Source: Octopus bimaculoides
Lineage: Eukaryota
Length of the DNA stretch: 64,000 nucleotides
Assembly: GCF_001194135.2 (NCBI RefSeq)
Contig: NC_068981.1
Coordinates: forward strand, 28,412,755-28,476,754
Direction of reading: 5' to 3'
The position numbers and the translations under genes were made by a program. The notes under the pieces are model-generated. The model was not told where the DNA came from, ran no database searches, and saw only the letters and a list, made by a program, of their open reading frames with translations. Numbering within the stretch: position 1 is the stretch's first letter; every line of letters begins with the position of its first letter. This document shows positions 54,201-64,000 of the stretch, piece after piece.

Positions 54201-55621
54201 NNNNNNNNNNNNNNATACATATGAATGGGCTTGTGAATGAGAATTGCGATTTAGAATATTGTGGATTTTGGATTTGATATCCTACCGCTGACCAAGTTGT
54301 GTGAGTTTCTTCCACTATACCACTGAGATGATCAATGTTTTGTGAGCAGAATTTTGGCGATAAACTATTCACAAGCCAGTTATGTTGATGTGAGTGTGTG
54401 TGTGAGGATTGATGTAGACGTATGTGGATGTATGTATACGCATGTATTAACGGTTCAAAAACCGGTGTAGTTTATTTCGTGTCACTTTGTGGCCAGCAGC
54501 TTTGCGGATTCACTGAGAAGTGAATTCCGCAGCAGCTAGATATGGATGTAGTTCAATGACTAAAGCAAGGAAAGAACAAACGAATGGTATCTCTCTCTCT
54601 CGTCATATTCCTTTCTATCTGTGTGTATGTGTGTGTGTATGTGTGTGTGTGTGTCTGTGCGCGCGTGTATAGACTTATAAATATACATAACACACGCATA
54701 TTTGTGCGAAGAATGTCTGAGTGTTTCAGTGTCTGTGTGTATACGTTATATAAAATACATTTGATAGCCATCTGGAGTATACTCACTCACACCTAGAACA
54801 GCAACACCACACACACACACACACACATATATATTATATGCTTTATATATATATTGTATATGTGTGTGTTCGTTCACTGGGAATTTAGTGTTACACCACA
54901 TGTACAACAGAGGACATGTGGTTTCGCTCTGTGCAAAATATCGAGTGTTTTACGATGTGTTAGAACACACTACACATCTTTCTCATGATCTGTAAGCGTT
55001 AACCTTATGGCAACATCCATACAACATCAAACTACTTATATACACACTATGTACAAGGTTCGGTCTGACGACTATACCATGCGCATTGACACTCATGCTT
55101 AAGCACGACTACAACATCTATCTATCTATCTATCTATCTATCTATATATCTATCTATATATCTATCTATCTATCTATCTATCTTTATATATCTATTCATA
55201 CAATGTGTGTGTATATTTTATATCTTATGTAATATAACTCTCAATCTCTGTCTCTATCTCTCTCCCTCTCTTCTTGTTCCTGGTTATCCATCTCTTTCTT
55301 TTATACGCATAGACGAACATTCACACTTTAGCTTATATTTTGCCAATGCCTTCTTTTTGTTTCCAATGTTCTTGCTTAATATCCCACTCTATCTTCTTCT
55401 TTTGTTGTAGATATGGGGACACTTTTACAAATACCCGTCCGCGCACATACGCACACTTATACACAAATGCTCACATTTGGACGCGCACATGTATAATGCT
55501 CTGAATATAACAGAAATAACGCATCTGAGTTCACCATGTGTGTGTGTTTGTTAGTGTGTGTGTGTTCGTGTGTGTTTGGCTGTGTGTATACATTTGCATA
55601 CATATATATATATATATATGT

Positions 55622-55667
<46 letters not shown>

Positions 55668-56330
55668 CACACACACACACACATGCAATCAATCACACAC
55701 ACATACACACATACAATCAATCACACACACACACACACACACACATATCTAAACACACAGACATACGTTTGTGCTTATGTACATCAGCCCTTATACGAAA
55801 CATATGGGTTGATACACTTAAGTACACACATGAACATTTGTACACGTATACACAGACTTGTACGCACTCAAGCATATATAGACAACCAAACACACACATA
55901 CACGTACACACACACATGTAAGTGCTATGCATGTCTTTATATGGATATATATGTATGTGTGTGATAGATCGTGTGTGTGTGTGTGTATGTGTGTGCGTGT
56001 GTGTGTAAGTATGCATGACCAAGTCTGTGGAATTACACAATGATTGGGTTCTGTGAAAGTAATTTGCTTGTGCAGTCGTCCGCTGTTTATCGTCCCTTCT
56101 TTATCGATTTTCTGGGCGACACCCACCTACGCAATCACCTACTCCCCTTCCTGCTAATCTACATACATGCAGGCATACATACATACATACATACATACAT
56201 GCAGGCATACATACATACATACATACATACATGCATGCATGCATGCATACACTTATAAAGTTCAGCTAATTTGTAGTTTATGTTGTCCGAGACAATACGA
56301 ATACAAATGCTGCTGTTGCTACTCTGTTCG

Positions 56331-56550
56331 ATGATGATGATGATGATGACGATGATGATGACGATGGTGATGATGATGATGTTGATTATTACAATGACGA
56401 TGATGATGACGATGGTGATGATAGTTATGAAGATGCTGTTAGTATCTAAACTCCATTATCATCATCGTCTACATCAGCATCATCACCCCCACTATTACTA
56501 TTGTCATCACTGTCATCATCGTAATTATCATTTATAGGAATCGTCATCAG
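56331..56550. repeat. Degenerate (GAT)n followed by degenerate (CAT)n, an inverted trinucleotide pair
   Basis: Read directly from the sequence. Confidence 0.8.
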
Positions 56551-56573
56551 TGAAGGAAAAATATTGATGCACG

Positions 56574-56607
<34 letters not shown>

Positions 56608-56679
56608 CACACACACACTCTCTCTCTCTCTCTCTCTCTCTCTCACGCACACACAAACGGACATATTTGTGCGGGTATT

Positions 56680-56820
56680 GTTGCATATATGTATTAAGAG
56701 GTCAAGAACGTCACTTCGAAACCCCTGCGCGGTACCTTGGTAAGGTATCTTCGACCCTAAGTGTCCTCTAACGTGTTGACCAATAACATGGGAAAGAATT
56801 TGCAAGAACGATGTAGAACA
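56680..56820 (+). mobile_element. Degenerate SINE family B 5' module
   Basis: CTGCGCGGTACCTTGGTAAGGTATCTTC...GACCAATAACATGGGAAAGAATTTG resembles CTGCGTGGCACCTTGGGCAAGTGTCTTC...GACCAAAGCCTTGTGAGTGGATTTG. Confidence 0.5.
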
Positions 56821-57513
56821 TCCGCTATTTCCTTTATCATACATCATCATTATCATCATCACCATCATCTTCATTCGTAGTAGTAGTCGTATTCATCGTT
56901 TGAAAAATACGTAACGATTTTGCTCCCCTTTGAAACACGGAATTAAATCCATCTCGGAAAACATATACAGACGTGTTCAAGGTTAACAAAATCATTTAAG
57001 AAATGTCCTAAACATGTTTACAGATTGCTCTGTCGCTGTTTCCTGCCACGTGCTAATGTCAACTTGGTCAGTGTCCTCACAAATGTTTCTATCGCTCCAG
57101 TCATGCCAACAATAGATCGGATTATAAACACATTTACTGACTGATATAAAATATTTTTAGTTCAAAAGTTAGGTCCGAGTAAACCGTTAGATGTTCAGTC
57201 CACGTTTGCCCAACGTTCATTTGGTATGGCTGTGTTCATAGATATTGTCATGGAGACTGATAGAACGATGGTAGATTTATTATGGTGTCTAAGTATACTA
57301 AAGTACTTTTATATTATATTTTCTAAGAAAGGGAGCAGTTCATATACGTACCTGGTAACATTTTTTTCTTTTTCATGGATCGTTTGAAATTTCGTGTCTG
57401 GACGATTGTGGAACAAAATTTTGTCTCCAAGTATATTTTGCATGAACCAGTGTGAGACATCCTGGTGCAATATGTTGTATATTTTCAGGAAAAAATTTTC
57501 CAAATTAGCAACA

Positions 57514-57740
57514 AGACCGGTGAGCTGGCAAAATAGTTAGTGCATCGAACTAAGTGCCTAGCAACATATCTTCTTGTTCTTTACATTCTGAGTTCAAACT
57601 CCGCTGGTATCTGCTTCACTTCTCGCCCTTTCTGGGTTGATAAAATAAACAAGTACTAGCTGAATACTAGTGTCGATATAAACGACTAACCAATTCGCCT
57701 GAAATTTCAGGCCCCTTGTGCCTGTAGAAAAAATGGATTA
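57514..57740 (+). mobile_element. SINE family A copy with (ATT)n tail
   Basis: GGTGAGCTGGCAAAATAGTTAG...CTGAGTTCAAACTCC...CCTTGTGCCTGTAGAAAAAATGGATTATTATT. Confidence 0.8.
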
Positions 57741-57986
57741 TTATTATTATTATTATTATTATTATTGTTGTTGTTGTTATTATTATTATTGTTATTGAAG
57801 ACATCGCACAAATAATAATAATAATAATATAATAATGATAATAATTAATAATCCCTTATTATGAGTTCTACGGCCCAAAATGTTAAGATAAACGAAATCG
57901 TAGATGAGCTACATCATGCTTTCGAAATTCTTCTCCAAGATATTAACCAACACGAAAGAAGACACTTACCCAAGGTGCCGTGAAAG

Positions 57987-58014
57987 GTTATTATTATCAT
58001 TATTATTATTATTA

Positions 58015-58079
<65 letters not shown>

Positions 58080-58083
58080 GTTA

Positions 58084-58118
<35 letters not shown>
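57987..58118. repeat. (ATT)n microsatellite
   Basis: Read directly from the sequence. Confidence 0.95.
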
Positions 58119-59233
58119 AAACTTACAAAAATAGAATTAAATCCATACATGTGTTTCCTTCAGTTCTTTCGTAAAATATGTTTAGTCTCATCTATACTTT
58201 GTTCAATGGCGCTGCTTTAGAAGCACGAATCTATTGTTGTTGTTATTGTTGTTGCTCAAGATGTTCTTCTTCCTCTCTCTTTTCCTCCCTTACTTGCTCA
58301 ATCCATCTTTCTCAAGTTTCTCCCTATATTTCTTCACCTGGGCCTTGTTCTCTGACTCCTTTACCTCATGCGTGTCTGTATATGTATGTAAAAATGCATG
58401 TATGTCTACATGCCTTGTATAGTTACAAATAATATATACATGCATGCCTATGTGTGTGAATGTGTGTGTGTGTGTGTGCGTGTGTGTGTGTGTTCTTCCC
58501 TTTCATCTATTAATGCAGGACACATTCGTCTATAAAAAGACGTTAACTAAATCTTATACGTCCAACAAACCGTGTATATGTGTCAGTTTATTTGATAATA
58601 AGATTTTTCACGCAACTCACAGGGACATTTCTGATGTTCAGTTATTTTGTGCCATTTCATGGAAAAAGTTGTTCAGCATAACCCATCTCCATCACACGCA
58701 CTCTCTCCTTCTTTCCCCATTTCTCTCCCTTTCTGTATATGTGTGTGCATACACACACATACATACATAAGAAAATGATTAGATATACATGCATGCACAT
58801 AAGAATAGTTAGGTACACACATACAGACACACGTGCAAAATACACCAATATATATATTTAGAAATATATATTCATATATACTTAACTGAGTATTTTTTTA
58901 CATACATTTGTAAACGTTCATACGGCACTATCAGTCTTTCTACCTATCTCTCCGTTTGTCTCTCTGCCAATCTATTTGATAATCAATATCAAATTACCAA
59001 GAAGACCGCTATTCCATAAGTTAGTCAATTTATTTTAAAAAGTAAGTGTATTTATTTAATTTCATATTGATTTTACACTAAATTCAATGTTTCGTGTTTG
59101 CTAACACATCTTCAGGGTCAGCCACTTTGACCCTTAGAAATATCTTAGTAAACAGCAAATATATATATATCGCTGTTTGTGTGTGTGTGTGTTATAACCA
59201 CCACTATATACATATATTTACTCACATCACACA

Positions 59234-59268
<35 letters not shown>

Positions 59269-59341
59269 GCATGTGTGTTATAACCACCATTATATATATT
59301 TACATCATACACGCATATATATGTAGGTGTATGTAGGCGTA

Positions 59342-59389
<48 letters not shown>

Positions 59390-60166
59390 ATGAGTATTTA
59401 CATCTTGATCAATTCTCTCTATATCTCTTGCCAACTCTCTGATGATTTCCCCTTCACATTTCGTCTCATTTCTAAACAACTCCCCTCATATAACTTCTAC
59501 TTGCTTTTTGTCTCTCCCCACCTCTCTTTCTCTGTCTCTGTCTGTCTATCTCTTTTCTCTCTCTCTCTCTCAACCTCTCCCTCTGCCTCTCAATCAGCAA
59601 CTCTCTCATCTTCTCTTCCCTTTCTTACTCCATGCTTATTAATCTCCCACTTTCACTTTGTATTATTTTCCCACTTCTCATATTTTTTTTCTCTCACACA
59701 CATTTTCTCTGTGTCTTTCACTCTTTGTCTTTCTCTCGCCAAATATCTCAATATCTCTCATTTTCTCAATAATTTGTCCTTCTCCATTCTTTCTCTCTCC
59801 CCTTCCAGCTCTCTCTCCCTATCTCTCTCTGTCTCTCTGTCTGTCTGTCTCTCTCTCTCCCCATCTCTCCTCTTTGGACATCCTTACTTTCTTAGATGGT
59901 ATCAATTACTCATTAGTTCAGTCTCAGATTTAAGTATTTTGCTCTCTGTAGCTTGAGATTCGCATTAAATCTGACTTTGTTTCTGGAATTTTCTCTGATC
60001 TTCTCTTGATTGAGTTATGGCCTTTTGAAACTCTTCTTGAAACACACTAATTTAACTTCGTTTTTCACGTTCTGTTATGGATTTCTTTGCTCATGTATGC
60101 GTGTGCGTTCACGAATATGTGAATATATGTAGTATAGAACTGAGTCATCTGCGTATATTTACTGTT

Positions 60167-60173
60167 GTTGTGA

Positions 60174-60271
<98 letters not shown>

Positions 60272-60358
60272 TTGTTATTGTTGTTGTTGTTATTGTTGTT
60301 GTTGTTGTTGTTATTATTATTATTATTGTTATTATTATTATCATTATTATTATTATTG
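60167..60358. repeat. Compound (ATT)n-(GTT)n-(ATT)n microsatellite
   Basis: Read directly from the sequence. Confidence 0.95.
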
Positions 60359-60558
60359 AGGCGGTCAGCTGGCAGAACCGTTTTGCACGCCGCGCAAAAT
60401 TCTTAGCGGCATTTTGTCTCCCCTTATGTTCTGAGTTCATATGCCAGCGAGATCACCTTTGCCTTTCTTCACTTAGAGGTCGATAAAATAAGTACCAGTT
60501 GAGAACTGAGGTTGATGTAATCAAGTAGCTCCTTGTCCCCAAATTTCAGGCTTTGTTG
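60359..60558 (+). mobile_element. SINE family A copy
   Basis: GGCGGTCAGCTGGCAGAACCG...CTGAGTTCA...GTCGATAAAATAAGTACCAGTTGAG...AAATTTCAGGC. Confidence 0.85.
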
Positions 60559-60739
60559 GACATATACGATTTGGTTAACGCTTTTTCTATAGACGAATGT
60601 GTTCTGTATTAATAGATGAAAGGGAAGAACACACACTCACACACACACACACACGCACACACACACACATTCACACACATAGGCATGCATGTATATGTTA
60701 TTATTAAAGGATTAATATTTTCGCTATTATTATCATTAT

Positions 60740-61027
60740 ATGAAAATTCACAGCTTATTTTGCTGGGTATGATAGAAAATGTTAGCTGTCAAAAGCTAGC
60801 AGCCTAAAGTGACACTTGTTTACTCGTCATGCTTCATGAACCCTGCGAAGAATTCTTGCAGTTCCAAGCAATGCTGATTTTTGCAGGCGTTCTACCTTCA
60901 CACTTGTACCGATCTTTTTCAACCATTTTGGTAGCTGAGTGCTGATATTTTCCAAGTGCACCAATCACTATTGGTATGACGTCTACTCTCCTCATTGACC
61001 ACAACCATCGCAATATCACACTTCAAA
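60740..61027 (-). mobile_element. 5'-truncated 3' end of an RLE-type non-LTR retrotransposon (R4/Dong, NeSL, Hero or CRE-like)
   Basis: Minus strand with one 1-nt frameshift: WLWSMRRVDVIPIVIGALG/NISTQLPKWLKKIGTSVKVERLQKSALLGTARILRRVHEA* (stop at 60829-60827). PIVIGALG and LQKxALLGTARILR are hallmark C-terminal motifs of RLE-clade LINEs. An 11-bp direct repeat ATTATCATTAT lies at 60729-60739 and 61028-61038. Confidence 0.85.
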
Positions 61028-61049
61028 ATTATCATTATTGTTATTATTA

Positions 61050-61111
<62 letters not shown>

Positions 61112-61150
61112 GTTGTTGTTGTTGTTGTTATTATTATCATTATTATTATT
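61028..61150. repeat. (ATT)n/(GTT)n microsatellite abutting the RLE LINE fragment
   Basis: Read directly from the sequence. Confidence 0.95.
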
Positions 61151-61517
61151 AGCAAACAAAAAAAAAAGAGTGCCATTGTCATCAAGTGAATGATATTCGA
61201 CATATTATTATTATGGCGTCGAATTGGTACAACCGTTAACAAATGGCACTCTTCTCTAGAAAAGGGCGTCGTAACTTACAAGTTCAGCTTGACTTGGCGC
61301 TGGTCGCACACCTATGACATCATGCACATATTACTTGTGATTGTATGTTATTACCTAAGTTATGACCATCTTGAATCATCTGTGATCGAGACATGACATT
61401 ACATAATATTTTTCTTTATTGCATAATGTGTATTTCGTGCTCTATGTATCTATGTCTCAAGCCCCTTGGTGTATATATGTATTTGTAATATGTTTGTTTT
61501 GTAATGGTGAAAGTGTT

Positions 61518-61564
<47 letters not shown>

Positions 61565-62939
61565 AAAGATAATTTACATAAATTTAAAGACTTTCTACAT
61601 AGAAAGAGAGCGAGAGAGAAAGGGAGAAAGAGAGGAGGGAGAAATTTCCTTATGATAATACATAAAATGAAGAGCATATCAAATACATATTCCAATATTA
61701 ATACATGACATCGGTTGATAAACTTTCAAAGTATTTAAGATACTCTGTTAATTTTTAATAAACCTGTTGACTTCAGTATTTCAGTTGGTTGTTTGTTATA
61801 TACACTACTTAATTTAAATATAGACTCCCCCGCTACAACTAGAGATCTGTTTCATGGCTTGTTTACATCATATCTCTTTAATTGCTGTGGATCATATTTG
61901 GTGGCTAATGAATCATATATACTTGATTGTTGCATTACTGTGTGGTAAATTGCTCTTGGATGTAACATTTGCAGTATGTTTATGTGAATCAGTTGTAACA
62001 GTAAGCAACGGATATCGCATAGTGTGAATGTATAAAACTATGTTTTAGCAGTTGTGTGTGCGCATGCGTTTTTGTGTATTTAGTTGTGCATTTGTGTGTG
62101 CATGTGCACGAATTTAAACTGAATTTTATATATAAAGTATCATAATACACACATATATATATACACACTCACACATATACACGCACGCACGCCCACAGTA
62201 CGTTTATAATTCGCCCTGAATTATATATGAACACTATGCATACGCACCTGGTCTACTTAGTTTTATAACGGAAACAGCAACATAGATCTGGTATATATAT
62301 ATATGTATATATATATATNNNNNNNNNNNNNNNNNNNNNNNNNNNNNNNNNNNNNNNNNNNNNNNNNNNNNNNNNNNNNNNNNNNNNNNNNNNNNNNNNN
62401 NNNNNNNNNNNNNNNNNNNNNNNNNNNNNNNNNNNNNNNNNNNNNNNNNNNNNNNNNNNNNNNNNNNNNNNNNNNNNNNNNNNNNNNNNNNNNNNNNNNN
62501 NNTATAACTGTATATATGTGCAGTAAACCGGACATACACGTGTGTGTGCATGTATGGTGCATGTGTGAGCGTGTGTGTTTGTGCATGCGTTTATTTGTGT
62601 GCGTGTGTGTCATGTACAGAAATCGTGTCTTGAGTTCGTCTCTTGATTGTGGCTGTATAATGAAAATATGAGTATTCAGTTGGGATACAAACCTATTCTT
62701 ATTTCTATAATTTATTTATTGATATCTTCCAACAGAGATGGATGCCACCAGTTTCCTTTGACTTTTAATATTATTCAGGTCTTCTAATTTCTTTGAATAC
62801 AAATACATTTTCATTTCCAATATTTTAGTCTGTATAAATATTCTATTTTAACTACTTCCTGTCAATCTAACCACCGTAATTTCTGTAGTCGATATTCCTC
62901 CCTACTTTCAAACGTCAGATACGATATACGTTATAAAAA

Positions 62940-63146
62940 GGCGGCGAGCTGGCAGAATCAATAGCACGCCGGGCGAAATGCTTAGCGGTATTTCGTCTGC
63001 CGCTACGGTCTGGGTTCAAATTCCGCCGATGTCGACTTTGCCTTTCATCTTTTCGGGGTCGATAAATTAAGTACCAGTTGCGTCCTGAAATCGACTGGCC
63101 CCTCCCCCTAAATTTCGGGCCTTGTGCCTAGAGTAGAAAAGAATAT
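62940..63146 (+). mobile_element. tRNA-derived SINE family A, best-preserved copy
   Basis: GGCGGCGAGCTGGCAGAATC (box A), GGTTCAAATTCC (box B), GCCTTTCATCTTTTCGGGGTCGATAAATTAAGTACCAG, and 3' GGCCTTGTGCCTAGAGTAGAAAAG. About 20 related copies are visible in the window. Confidence 0.9.
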
Positions 63147-63625
63147 TAAGAGATTCTACCAGAAGGATTGTTTTTCCTTGCCCTTCCAAACGAGAATTCA
63201 ACAGTTAAGCAAATCATTTCATTTTACCCATTATGAAAGTAATTATAATTAATAATCATAGCTTGGTTCACTACATTAAGATTGTAAGCATCAAATTTAC
63301 GGTTTATTCTCAAGGAGGAGACATACCTAGGTATCGTCTACCCCAGGCATTCATCTTCAGTTTCATTCGTATGAATTTCACTACATTTCACACTTCATTT
63401 CGCCACATACACATCGTTATCATATGCAGTATATTGCACACTTTTCCATGTAAGACATGTATATAAATCACTATAAACCCATGTAAAGAAACCGCAAAGT
63501 GTCAAATGGTATATTCTGGTTTACAGTTTCTTACCTCGCATCTTCAAGTGCCCGCCTTGTAGAATATAGTATGAAGTACCAGCATGTGTATTGCAGGAAC
63601 ACACACACGCACACGCGCACAAATA

Positions 63626-63669
<44 letters not shown>

Positions 63670-63846
63670 GCCGCATGTATCTTTGTGGTTCACTGGTAAT
63701 ATATGTGGTTATGTGTCAAAACCATATTCATTTCAGTTCTTTAAGAGCTTAAACTATGGCACTAACGGTCGTGTTGGAGGCTTTTGGGAGGCTTATTTTC
63801 TCACACTTAGTCACACATACGTGATACCCTCAGATACTAATTGAAC

Positions 63847-63877
<31 letters not shown>

Positions 63878-63937
63878 CATACATATGTGCATATATATAT
63901 ATATATATGCATATATGTACACAAGTGCCCATACACA

Positions 63938-63975
<38 letters not shown>

Positions 63976-64000
63976 TATATATTCATGAACATATATATAT

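Overview
Eukaryotic, AT-rich, microsatellite-saturated genomic DNA with many N gaps. The repeat families and (TA)/(CA)/(ATT)n load look like a coleoid cephalopod, probably Octopus; this is an inference from recall, not a database result. The only secure host coding feature is one internal + strand exon (23265-23848) of a LIM-homeobox gene of the Lhx1/5 (Lim1) class. It encodes a long Asn/Ser/Asp-rich linker and homeodomain residues 1-46. I found neither the LIM-domain exons nor the WFQN exon, so the window appears to be almost entirely intron of this gene, unless exons lie in gaps. Around the exon are unexplained splice signals: a 24-nt phase-1 microexon candidate, a 63-nt mini-intron leading to a stop-containing alternative exon, and an in-frame alternative donor within helix 3. 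The introns hold at least four SINE or SINE-like families, a DINE-1/Helentron-type non-autonomous element, a Penelope GIY-YIG relic, and a 5'-truncated RLE-type LINE flanked by TAA-type repeats. They also hold a ~150-bp repeat in 3 copies, whose best copy folds into a minimal, non-canonical hammerhead-ribozyme-like motif. Most long ORFs in the supplied track are microsatellite or N-run artefacts. No CRISPR, rRNA or true tRNA gene is supported. Repeat boundaries were set by eye and are approximate.
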